DNA from: Ruminococcus albus 7 = DSM 20455
GTDB taxonomy: Bacteria > Bacillota > Clostridia > Oscillospirales > Ruminococcaceae
Direction of reading: 5' to 3'
DNA: 32,000 nucleotides
Assembly: GCF_000179635.2 (NCBI RefSeq)
Contig: NC_014833.1
Location: forward strand, 2,040,001 to 2,072,000
The notes below the pieces were generated by a model that had not been told where the DNA came from, did not search any database, and saw nothing but the letters and a program-made list of their open reading frames with translations. This document shows, in pieces, positions 16,751 through 25,146 of this stretch. Every line of letters starts with the position of its first letter. The stretch's first letter is position 1. Position numbers and translations under genes: made by a program.

Positions 16751-17858
16751 GAAAAAATTGCTCCCGAAGATCATTATGATGGCAATGTCATGCATAGTTG
16801 GTGCGGTTGTCGGAATACTGTTGGTTAAGAGATCAGATATTAAAGGCAGTAATGGAAGTCTTGGAAAAGAGCTTTTTAAGGTGATCATTATTGTTGCATC
16901 TATATATATTTCCTATTTTCTTGGAATAATCATACATGAATCCGGTCATCTGGTAATGGGACTATTGACTGGTTACAGATTCGTATCGTTCCGAATAGGC
17001 TCATTTATCCTCGTAAAACAGGATGGAAGATTTGTTATTAGAAGGTTTTCACTTGCTGGAACAGGCGGTCAGTGTCTTATGAAACATGATAAAGTAGAAA
17101 AAGATGAGGATATACCGTATTTCTGGTACCACTCAGGCGGGGGCTTGTTCAATCTTGCATCTGCAGCATTGTTATGTTTAGTGTATCTGAACACATCATC
17201 GAAATATCTTGCGATTTATTCCATGATCGGCATGATCATTTATTTCTTTATGGGTCTGATCAATCTTATACCGCTGAAAAAGATAGGTATTGCTAATGAT
17301 GGGTCAAATATTTTGGAATCCTGGCTAGATCCTTCTGTAAGACGTTCAGTGTTAAATATACTTATGGTAAACGCTGAGCAGATGCAAGGTAAAACACTCG
17401 ACAGTATGCCGGAGGAGCTTTTTGAAGTTAACAGCAAAGGAGTTACAAATGCCTCGCTCAACATTATGTTATTACGTGCAGCAAGAGATCTGGAGAGAGG
17501 AGATATCGATACCGCAAAAGCTAAGTTCAAGGCGCTTCTTGAGAAGCATGGAATTCCTGATATCTTAATAAAAGAAATACGATGTGACCTTTTGTTTTGC
17601 TATATAATGACAGATGAACCGGCTGAAGTCATAGATGAACTGTACAACGATGAATTGCAGAAGTATATAAAGACATCAGGTAAATATACTTTATGTCGTC
17701 ATAGATTGATGTACGCATACTATTATATATATAAGCAGGATATAGCAAATGCTGACAAGGAATATAACTTGTCGGCTGAAATGGCAAAGGGATATTACAA
17801 TCCGGGAGAAGCAAGATCTGAAATGAGCATCATAGAACGTATCAAGGAAAATCACTGA
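16740..17858 (+). CDS. M50/site-2-protease-like membrane metalloprotease with C-terminal helical-repeat (TPR-like) domain
   Basis: HESGH (HExxH) in a TM helix, a second TM motif NLIPLKKIGIANDGSN (NxxPxxxxDG-like), several hydrophobic helices, and about 170 aa of soluble alpha-helical tail. The start overlaps the rarA stop by 11 nt. Confidence 0.65.
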   Translation: MKNKKKLLPKIIMMAMSCIVGAVVGILLVKRSDIKGSNGSLGKELFKVIIIVASIYISYFLGIIIHESGHLVMGLLTGYRFVSFRIGSFILVKQDGRFVIRRFSLAGTGGQCLMKHDKVEKDEDIPYFWYHSGGGLFNLASAALLCLVYLNTSSKYLAIYSMIGMIIYFFMGLINLIPLKKIGIANDGSNILESWLDPSVRRSVLNILMVNAEQMQGKTLDSMPEELFEVNSKGVTNASLNIMLLRAARDLERGDIDTAKAKFKALLEKHGIPDILIKEIRCDLLFCYIMTDEPAEVIDELYNDELQKYIKTSGKYTLCRHRLMYAYYYIYKQDIANADKEYNLSAEMAKGYYNPGEARSEMSIIERIKENH

Positions 17859-17863
17859 CACAT

Positions 17864-17906
17864 AAAATGCGGAGAAATCGGCTTTTTCTCCGCATTTTTT
17901 CTTTTT
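17864..17906. terminator. bidirectional terminator between the convergent M50-like and S1-domain genes
   Basis: AAAATGCGGAGAAA-loop-TTTCTCCGCATTTTTT, a 9-bp GC core with an A-run and a T-run on either side. Confidence 0.9.
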
Positions 17907-17910
17907 ACGT

Positions 17911-18828
17911 TCAGAAGATCGAGACCATTGTTTTGCTGCTTTCCTTGGTTGAATACTCCCATTTGTTAAGTCTGCCCGAACTAATGAAGTAGTTAATTTT
18001 ACTTGGAAAGCAAAGACTATCAAACACATCTACAATAATTAATTTAACCTTCATTTTTTCGGGTATCAAGGCTTTTATGTATACACTAGCCGCCTGACCT
18101 GCCGACACAAAGTCCTTGGGTTCCGCAAGCCCTGCAAGGTTCGGGGCAAGTTCAATAAATATCCCGTATGATTCAACAGAACGTATTACACCGCCGACTG
18201 TTTCTCCTACTGAGAATCTTGATGCGTTCTGCAGCCAGGTACCTAGCAGTTCCTTGTGTGTCAGGCATATCCTGTTATCTGAGATACTTTTTACTGCTGC
18301 ATATATATCTTGACCGTTGAAGAATCGGTCACTTGGATGAGATATTCGAGAAACGGATATTGAATCTATCGGGATCAAAGAAGGGATCCCACAGCCGATA
18401 TCTACAAAAGCTCCGAATGGTTCAAGATGGGTTATCTTTGCCGGTATTACGTCGCCGCAGTGGAGGTGAGAAACATAGTTTTCCAGGCATTCATTTTGTG
18501 CTTCTCTGCGTGATAATACAGCTGTTACACCGCTATCTCCACATATAATATCAGTGACTTTAAAGCATACTGTCTTGTTCACTCGTGAAAGCAGCGCTAT
18601 ATCTCGTGTTGTACCTTCTGATATACCAATAGCACCTTCTGTGCGAGGTATTATTCCTCTACCGCATGGCAGATCGACTATCAGATCATGTTCTGCGGTG
18701 CACATTACTGCGTGTCCTTCAAGTATAAGTCCCTTAGTTTTAGCTACGGATAGATTTTCAGCACTTTGTAAGAAAAATCTGTTTTCAGGTGTATTGAACA
18801 CCTTTCCCTCAGGTAGATATCTCATCAT
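17911..18828 (-). CDS. S1 RNA-binding domain protein (multiple S1/OB repeats)
   Basis: GDVIPAKITHLEPFGAFVDIG and GETVGGVIRSVESYGIFIELAP are classic S1 motifs. AAGAGGTG RBS. Confidence 0.8.
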   Translation of the reverse strand: MMRYLPEGKVFNTPENRFFLQSAENLSVAKTKGLILEGHAVMCTAEHDLIVDLPCGRGIIPRTEGAIGISEGTTRDIALLSRVNKTVCFKVTDIICGDSGVTAVLSRREAQNECLENYVSHLHCGDVIPAKITHLEPFGAFVDIGCGIPSLIPIDSISVSRISHPSDRFFNGQDIYAAVKSISDNRICLTHKELLGTWLQNASRFSVGETVGGVIRSVESYGIFIELAPNLAGLAEPKDFVSAGQAASVYIKALIPEKMKVKLIIVDVFDSLCFPSKINYFISSGRLNKWEYSTKESSKTMVSIF

Positions 18829-18900
18829 TTTTTTGCACCTCTTTCTCAGTAGTCATCTTATTGATGAAACCGGTTTTGTTGTGTTTTTCTTTGTATGAAA

Positions 18901-18980
18901 TGAAAAATCATTTCAGTTGTAATATATTATGCAAGCTCACTTAAAATGATGATCAGTTGTAATGTAAATTTATGCAGAAA
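18901..18980. repeat. two tandem, imperfect ~40-nt direct repeats in a divergent intergenic region
   Basis: Identical 11-mer TCAGTTGTAAT at 18913-18923 and 18953-18963. Each is preceded by AAAA(A)T-rich sequence and followed by TTATGCA (18927-18933 and 18970-18976). Confidence 0.6.
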
Positions 18981-19002
18981 CACGTTATTAATTGTTGAAA
19001 GC

Positions 19003-19031
19003 TTGACAAATTTAAGACAATGTGTTACACT
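19003..19031 (+). promoter_or_regulatory. candidate promoter for the wall hydrolase gene (about 220-nt leader)
   Basis: TTGACA (19003-19008), 17 nt, TGtTACACT (19023-19031). The -10 is weak. Confidence 0.45.
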
Positions 19032-19258
19032 TGGAGCATTGTTTGTAATCAAATCGTAATTTTTGTCTGAAAATGCGGTTTTTACGATTACAAATTGGTA
19101 CAGAAAACAAGACTGTTTTCATACTTTAGTATTAGCCTTTGATAATGCCTATCGGTCATTGTGTAGTACAGACCGGTAAATAAAAACGAAAGGGTGTGAA
19201 ACGGCAGGTTTTTCGCCGTATAAATTATTAGCGACGGTGAGCCGTGTCAGATTTGGAA

Positions 19259-20143
19259 ATGAGTATTAAAAGCAGAAACGAGTTTATTGTAGGATTAAAG
19301 AGATTTGCAGTGTTTGTGATGACGCTTGCGATTGTATTCGTAATGACGGATATTTCAGGGATCAAAGCTTCGGCTGCAGCTTCGGGTAAGGTAGCAGTAC
19401 CTAAGCTTGCATCGGAAAAGACTTATGAGTCAACCTATACGCATCCCTACAACAAGCAGATCGATACTATAGTTCTTCACTGGGGGAAGACCTCGGGAGC
19501 AAACAGATATCAGGTATACGTTAAGGGTGGAAAGTACAAAAACTGGACAAGATACTGCACTACCACCAATAATTCTGTTACTGTAAAAAAGCTTTCAAGA
19601 GCAACAGGTTACAGTTTCAAGGTGAGGGCAGTAAATAAGAATAACGTATATTCATCCTTCTCTCCTGTACAGACTATACATACTGCGCGTATGAACTATG
19701 ACAAGGCTGGCTGGGAGGCTATGTGCCGTATAGTTTACCATGAGGTCGGCAGGATAAATGATAATATGTGGGATAAGCCCATAGTTTATGTAGCTGACTG
19801 CGTTGTAAACAGATATGTTTCTGCAAAATACTGCAACGATCCTCTGTGGACGCCTTTTTATAAGAATTATAATAACATCCAGTCAATAATATACCAGAGC
19901 GGTGGATTTATGTCAGATTACGGTCTTTCAAGAGATGGCTGTAATTACAAAAACGTTGCCGACAAGTGCAAGATAGCTGTCTGGGGCGCTGTTTACGGAA
20001 CTACTTCATATAAGGGCATCAAGAACGATTACAACGTTTACTATTGGTGCAACAGAAGCTATTATACTAACAGCAATAAGATAGCTTATTCTTTCAAGAT
20101 CCCGTGGGGTTACTTCTCTATTTGGAGAACCTACTGGGGCTGA
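19259..20143 (+). CDS. secreted or anchored cell-wall hydrolase: signal/TM segment, FN3 domain, SleB/Hydrolase_2-like domain
   Basis: Hydrophobic FAVFVMTLAIVFVM then ASAAA. FN3-like segment VLHWGKTSGANRYQVYVK...GYSFKVRAVN. C-terminal CRIVYHEVGRI...NRY...SGGF resembles the SleB-type hydrolase fold. Start is uncertain (GTG 19244 or ATG 19259; both have poor RBS). Confidence 0.6.
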   Translation: MSIKSRNEFIVGLKRFAVFVMTLAIVFVMTDISGIKASAAASGKVAVPKLASEKTYESTYTHPYNKQIDTIVLHWGKTSGANRYQVYVKGGKYKNWTRYCTTTNNSVTVKKLSRATGYSFKVRAVNKNNVYSSFSPVQTIHTARMNYDKAGWEAMCRIVYHEVGRINDNMWDKPIVYVADCVVNRYVSAKYCNDPLWTPFYKNYNNIQSIIYQSGGFMSDYGLSRDGCNYKNVADKCKIAVWGAVYGTTSYKGIKNDYNVYYWCNRSYYTNSNKIAYSFKIPWGYFSIWRTYWG

Positions 20144-20156
20144 TATCCAACTACTG

Positions 20157-20183
20157 CGTTCCCGTTTTTCGGGAACGTTTTTT
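20157..20183 (+). terminator. intrinsic terminator after the wall hydrolase gene
   Basis: CGTTCCCG-TTTTT-CGGGAACG followed by TTTTTT. Confidence 0.85.
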
Positions 20184-20187
20184 ATAG

Positions 20188-20225
20188 AAAACTCCCACGG
20201 ATATAATTTATCCGTGGGAGTTTTT
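20188..20225. terminator. second hairpin terminator, serving the minus-strand HD...ComEA-like operon (bidirectional shape)
   Basis: AAAACTCCCACGGATA-TAATT-TATCCGTGGGAGTTTTT. Confidence 0.8.
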
Positions 20226-20228
20226 GGT

Positions 20229-21107
20229 TTATTCAAGCAGTACATATTCTTTCATTTCAGAAAGCATTTGCTTGCTGATTCCGTCTACGTACAAAAGCTG
20301 CAGAGAATTTTCGTACATGCCGCCCAGTTTATCTCGTATCTCGAGTATTCTTATAGCTAGTTCTTCATCTATCAGCAGACATTCCATCAATTCTTCCTTA
20401 TTTGCTTCGTTTATGTTTACTGGACTTCGTTCTTTGATGGATGGAATAGTTTCTGCAAAAGATGAGGGTTCTTCGGGTGGTTCTGTGACATTGGATACAA
20501 CTGTATTATCTTCTTCCGGCACATCTGTATGTACATCAACATATGTTACTTCAGGAGGAGAGTAGTCAGCATCGTCTACATAAAGATAGTCTTTAAGTAA
20601 ATCTAATTTGCTCTCTCCTATACCGGAGATCTCAAGCAGCTGCTCCATATAGGTTATAACGCCAACTCTGTTTCTGAAAGCAAGTATCGCTTCAGCTGTA
20701 CCTCCGCCTATGCCGTTAATGGCTGTCAGTTCTTCATAAGTGACAATATTTATGTCGATTGGGAAGTTTATTACCTTTGTTTCGTCAGCCCGAGACGTTT
20801 GAGTTTTTGAGGTTTTTACCTTTGATGTTTTTGAAGTGCGGGAAGTAGTATGCTTTATCGAGGTGGAATTTTTATCTTTTGTTGTTTTGGTTTTGTTGGT
20901 TGTTCTATCGGAGCCTTCATGATCTTTATTTTTGATGCTGTACTCATATTCACTTGAATTTCCTGAATTATTATCGCTGTATATGATAACACGCTTGCTG
21001 TCATTTTTTCTCAACATTGTGGAAATAACAGCAGATATCAGCAGTGCTGCTGCCAGCACTGCATAGATACCATATTTCTTTGCTTTTTCAAACAGCGTTT
21101 TATTCAT
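20229..21107 (-). CDS. ComEA-like membrane-anchored DNA-binding protein with two helix-hairpin-helix modules
   Basis: N-terminal TM segment (YAVLAAALLISAVIS), an S/T/K-rich low-complexity linker, then ELTAINGIGGGTAEAIL and VNINEANKEELMECL...VDGISKQML HhH modules. Confidence 0.7.
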   Translation of the reverse strand: MNKTLFEKAKKYGIYAVLAAALLISAVISTMLRKNDSKRVIIYSDNNSGNSSEYEYSIKNKDHEGSDRTTNKTKTTKDKNSTSIKHTTSRTSKTSKVKTSKTQTSRADETKVINFPIDINIVTYEELTAINGIGGGTAEAILAFRNRVGVITYMEQLLEISGIGESKLDLLKDYLYVDDADYSPPEVTYVDVHTDVPEEDNTVVSNVTEPPEEPSSFAETIPSIKERSPVNINEANKEELMECLLIDEELAIRILEIRDKLGGMYENSLQLLYVDGISKQMLSEMKEYVLLE

Positions 21108-21110
21108 ATA

Positions 21111-23375
21111 TTATCCCTCTAACATGGAATTCAGCTTGTCAAGCATTTCTCCCAGCCACACTCTGTTTATCTCCTGACGTTCATCATAGCAGATAATATC
21201 TCTCAGGGGTGTTTCTTTGAACATAGCCATGGCCATATCCATTGTAACTGCGCCGAATCCGTCGCCGCTCACGTCCGACATACCGCGGCAAAATTTCTCA
21301 ATAAAATCACCGAATACCTCGCGGCCTTCGCTGCATGATAGAACATCGCCTACAGTGCTGTTGAAGGTGAACTGAACGGGAAGCTTGGTTTTACTGTTAA
21401 CGTATACCGAGCCCGAAAGTCTTATATCTCTTGATGAAGCACCGATCATTATTTCAAATTCGCCGTATTCTACGAACCAGTCATTAATTGTAGTTTCATA
21501 ATAGGCAAATGCACGTTTATCGAGGGTGAAAAACACCTTCTTTGTTTCTCCCGGACGAAGGCTTACTTTTTCAAATCCTTTAAGTTCCTTAACAGGTCTG
21601 ATAACAGATGATTCTTTGTCACCTACATACAGCTGTACTGTTTCCATCCCTGTACGGTTTCCGGTGTTAGTTATATTACAGCTGACCGTAAGTGTCTGGT
21701 CATCATTTATCTCACTTGCTGATATCACAAGGTCACTGTAGCTGAAGTTTGTGTAAGAAAGTCCATATCCGAAGGGGAAGCGAACTGCCATTTTCTTTTT
21801 GTCATAGTATCTGTATCCTACAAATATTCCCTCGCTGTATGTCAGTTCATCAACTACTCCCGGGAAATTCAAGTAAGAAGGATTATCCTCCAGCTTCATG
21901 CACCAGCTTTCAGCCAGCTTGCCGCTTGGTACTGCTTCACCGAAAAGCAGATCGCAGGTAGCTTTGCCTATTGCCTGTCCACCGAGGTAGACCTCAAGCA
22001 GACCTTTGATATCATCAAAGAACGGCAGTTCAACCGGTGAACCGTTATGAAGTACCACCACTATATTCTTGTTGACCTTACTGATTTCTCGTATAAGTTC
22101 CAGCTGACACTCAGGCATTCTCATGTGAGTTCTGTCAAAGCCCTCTGATTCAAAGCTGTCGGGAAGTCCTGCGAAGATAACGACTTTGTCATTGTACTTG
22201 GCACACTCCACAGCCTGTTCAAGCAGTTTCGGGTCGCTCCTGTCTTCATAAGTGATAAATCCCTGAGCATATTCTACTTTGCAGAATTCTTTAACTGCAT
22301 CAAGGGCTGATGTTACTTTGAATGAGTTGATATGTGAACTGCCGCCGCCCTGATACCTTGGTTTTTCTGCAAATTCACCGATAAAGCATACCTTGTCCTC
22401 TTTGCTGAGGGGGAGTATAGCATCATCGTTTTTTAGGAGTACTGCACACTGTTCGGCTATCTTTGCTGCAAGTTCGTGATGTGCTTCCATATCCCATTCC
22501 GTTGGAGTGCGGCTTTCTTCTGCTTTGTCCACAAGTTTCAAAACGCGTTCTACGCATTTATCAAGTGCTTTCATGCTCAGCTTACCGCTGTTTACAGCAT
22601 CAACGATGAGCCTGTCATTTTTTCCGAAGCTTGCGGGCATCTCAAGATCAAGACCTGCCTTTATCCCCTCAACTCTGTCATCAACTGCGCCCCAGTCACT
22701 CATCACCAGACCATCGTAGCCCCATTCGTCTCTGAGCACGTCGGTAAGCAGCCACTTGTTCTGAGCTGAATGATATCCGTTTATGCGGTTGTATGAACAC
22801 ATAACTGTCCATGGTGAAGCTTGTTTTACAGCACCCTCGAAAGCGGCAAGGTATATCTCGTGGAGTGTCCTTTCATCTATCCTTTCATTGATTGTCAGTC
22901 TTCTGGTCTCCTGATTATTGGCTGCAAAATGCTTCAGGGAAGTTCCTACACCTTTACTCTGTACGCCTTTGATGTGTGCAGCTGCCATCTCTGAAGCCAG
23001 ATAGGGATCTTCGGAGAAATACTCAAAATTTCTGCCGCACAGGGGAGAACGTTTGATATTGCAGCCGGGACCAAGTATGACAGACACTTTCTCTGCCTGA
23101 CACTCTTCTCCCAGTGCTTTTCCCATAGCAGTCAGAAGATTTCTGTCAAATGAACAAGCCAGAGCACTCGCAGTCGGAAAACATACGGCTTTGATAGCCT
23201 CCTGAGGGTTGGAAGAATCCTCTGCATTTTTTCTTAGTCCGTGAGGTCCGTCTGAAACCATGATCTGTGGTATAGCTAGTCGTTCAATTGCTTTTGTGTG
23301 CCAGAAATCTGCTCCGGAGCACAGGCTTGCTTTTTCTTCGAGTGTAAGTTCTTTGAGTATTTTTTTGATGTTCAT
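21111..23375 (-). CDS. glycoside hydrolase family 3 beta-glucosidase, no signal peptide
   Basis: GLVMSDWGA nucleophile motif, KHFAANNQE, GPHGLR. C-terminal FnIII-like/PA14-less layout. 754 aa. GGAGG RBS. Confidence 0.9.
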   Translation of the reverse strand: MNIKKILKELTLEEKASLCSGADFWHTKAIERLAIPQIMVSDGPHGLRKNAEDSSNPQEAIKAVCFPTASALACSFDRNLLTAMGKALGEECQAEKVSVILGPGCNIKRSPLCGRNFEYFSEDPYLASEMAAAHIKGVQSKGVGTSLKHFAANNQETRRLTINERIDERTLHEIYLAAFEGAVKQASPWTVMCSYNRINGYHSAQNKWLLTDVLRDEWGYDGLVMSDWGAVDDRVEGIKAGLDLEMPASFGKNDRLIVDAVNSGKLSMKALDKCVERVLKLVDKAEESRTPTEWDMEAHHELAAKIAEQCAVLLKNDDAILPLSKEDKVCFIGEFAEKPRYQGGGSSHINSFKVTSALDAVKEFCKVEYAQGFITYEDRSDPKLLEQAVECAKYNDKVVIFAGLPDSFESEGFDRTHMRMPECQLELIREISKVNKNIVVVLHNGSPVELPFFDDIKGLLEVYLGGQAIGKATCDLLFGEAVPSGKLAESWCMKLEDNPSYLNFPGVVDELTYSEGIFVGYRYYDKKKMAVRFPFGYGLSYTNFSYSDLVISASEINDDQTLTVSCNITNTGNRTGMETVQLYVGDKESSVIRPVKELKGFEKVSLRPGETKKVFFTLDKRAFAYYETTINDWFVEYGEFEIMIGASSRDIRLSGSVYVNSKTKLPVQFTFNSTVGDVLSCSEGREVFGDFIEKFCRGMSDVSGDGFGAVTMDMAMAMFKETPLRDIICYDERQEINRVWLGEMLDKLNSMLEG

Positions 23376-23396
23376 TCATTAGACCTCCGTTTCGTT

Positions 23397-23891
23397 TCAA
23401 AATGCATCATAAAATTTTTCAAGTTCTGCTATCGTATCAAAATACTTTTTGGCGGATATCTCTATCTCGTCGTGGTATAAAAGCTTTTCGTCCTGCCATC
23501 TGCCCGACATGATCTTTATGTTATCGCCGTCTGATATTATGAAAATATTCCACCCTTCATCGGTTATCTCCTGAAAGGGAATAAAAAAAGAAAGGTCGTA
23601 CAAAGCGTCGTAGTCTTTACCGTGGGTACGTTCAGCCATTGTGGTGAAAAGTGTTTCGCTGTCACTACGATAGATTTCTTTATCTATCACCGGCTTTTTC
23701 AAAGCAGAATTTTCTGCCAGAAGATCATATAATTCAGTGCTGAGAGTTGTTGTTCTTACATTTTGTGGATATAATTCACTGTTCATCATCATGAACATAA
23801 ATCCGTTTTTGATCGTGTCGTCTTCCCATTCGGGTATACGTTCAATGAAGAATCCGAAATCGCAGGGATAATTTACATCACCGATGAACAT
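23397..23891 (-). CDS. hypothetical 164-aa acidic cytoplasmic protein
   Basis: Intact ORF 5 nt after the YaiI stop and 21 nt before the GH3 start. No family recognised. Confidence 0.55.
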   Translation of the reverse strand: MFIGDVNYPCDFGFFIERIPEWEDDTIKNGFMFMMMNSELYPQNVRTTTLSTELYDLLAENSALKKPVIDKEIYRSDSETLFTTMAERTHGKDYDALYDLSFFIPFQEITDEGWNIFIISDGDNIKIMSGRWQDEKLLYHDEIEISAKKYFDTIAELEKFYDAF

Positions 23892-23896
23892 TGTGT

Positions 23897-24346
23897 TTAT
23901 CCGTCCTTTCCGAATGTTTCTGTGATCAGATTTTCAAGCGCCGCCACGAATTTCTTGTCATTATCGCTAGTGCGCTTTGCCGGACCTTTCAGATGGTTGC
24001 CGCTTCTTTTGAGTTTTTTTGCGATATGCCTTGACATCAGCAGAGAGTCGATATTATCACTGTTATACACAAGTCCGTTCTGATTTATGGCATAAGCTTT
24101 TTTAGCCAGACACATCGCAGCCAGACCATAGTCCTGCGTAACAGCTATATCGCCTTTTTCCATAAGGTTCACCAGAGCGAAGTCTGCACTGTCAGCGCCT
24201 TTATCGACGGTTATTACCTCGGCATCATAGCGGGAAAACTCGTGGGCTGTATCGCAGACTATTGTCACAGGTATTTCATGCTTTTTAGCTATATCCAGCG
24301 TTAGTCGCACAACAGGGCATCCGTCCGCATCTATGAATATCCTCAT
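23897..24346 (-). CDS. YaiI/YqxD-family protein (UPF0178, DUF188)
   Basis: MRIFIDADGCPV start and 149-aa length are characteristic of the family. The ATG shares one base with the upstream TGA (TGATG). Confidence 0.8.
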   Translation of the reverse strand: MRIFIDADGCPVVRLTLDIAKKHEIPVTIVCDTAHEFSRYDAEVITVDKGADSADFALVNLMEKGDIAVTQDYGLAAMCLAKKAYAINQNGLVYNSDNIDSLLMSRHIAKKLKRSGNHLKGPAKRTSDNDKKFVAALENLITETFGKDG

Positions 24347-24951
24347 CAGTTGTTTTCCTCGCCTTCGATATAGAAGGTCGCTTCCATATCAGCGATGTGT
24401 GTAGCTACGGCCAAAGGGTACATCCCAAGTGCCTGACCGATGGTGTTTACGTTTTCTTCGCCTGAAAAGCCCATATGCCACCGGATAGCCATAGCTTCTT
24501 CGCGGGTCAGTCTCATGTAGCTGCTGACTATGTAAACGGATTTTTCGCCGTGTCCATAGGGGAGCGTGTCGTGATACTCATAGTAGGGGACTTTCTCCCA
24601 CTGACCTGTTACATCGTTCTTTTTGTTGCGGGTGCTTACTCTGTAAAGGTTCACTTTGCATATATCATGCAGCAGTGCGACTATCGCTATGCTTTCATCG
24701 GGATAATCCATGCCGTAAACGTCTTTGACCCTTGCCCTTTCAAGATAATCTTTCAGACAGTCGTAAACATTCAGGCTGTGTTCGCACAGACCGCCCTCGT
24801 AAGCACTGTGATATTTGGTCGAAGCAGGTGCTGTGAAGAAGTCACTGTTCTCACTGAGAAGATAGGTTAGCAGTTTATCAGCGCCTTTTCTGGTTATATT
24901 TGCATTGTATATCTCAACGAACCTTGCTTTGTTTTCTTCGGGATTTGTCAT
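24346..24951 (-). CDS. HD-domain metal-dependent phosphohydrolase
   Basis: KYHSAYEGGLCEHS and ALLHDICK (H...HD) motifs. GGAGG RBS at 24958-24962 (minus strand). Confidence 0.8.
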   Translation of the reverse strand: MTNPEENKARFVEIYNANITRKGADKLLTYLLSENSDFFTAPASTKYHSAYEGGLCEHSLNVYDCLKDYLERARVKDVYGMDYPDESIAIVALLHDICKVNLYRVSTRNKKNDVTGQWEKVPYYEYHDTLPYGHGEKSVYIVSSYMRLTREEAMAIRWHMGFSGEENVNTIGQALGMYPLAVATHIADMEATFYIEGEENN

Positions 24952-24992
24952 AGTTTACCTCCATTGTGAAAAGTCTACAATTTCATGATTCT

Positions 24993-25021
24993 ATTATAAC
25001 ATATTTTTAGACGGTTGAAAA
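24993..25021 (-). promoter_or_regulatory. sigma-A-type promoter for the HD - YaiI - unknown - GH3 - ComEA-like operon
   Basis: Minus strand TTTTCA (25016-25021), 17 nt, TGtTATAAT (24993-25001). Confidence 0.55.
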
Positions 25022-25146
25022 GAGTTTTTTCAAATTTTTTCACAAGTGATGATGTTTTTTGTATTTATGTATGTTATGATATAATAAGCGTCAGTATGTA
25101 GTTCTTCAATGAAAGAAAAAACTTAGTTCATCACGGAGGTGCAGCT

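Noticed and set aside
16298-16888. 196-aa minus-strand ORF spanning the rarA / M50-like junction
   Set aside because: It is antisense to two well-supported genes, with no RBS and a hydrophobic, low-complexity translation. Shadow ORF.
19038-19258. Possible c-di-AMP (ydaO-type) riboswitch, as these are often found upstream of wall hydrolase genes
   Set aside because: I could not find the conserved ydaO core elements I remember (paired ACGGGG / CCCGA-type segments with pseudo-twofold symmetry). I report only generic hairpins. An Infernal scan would settle it.
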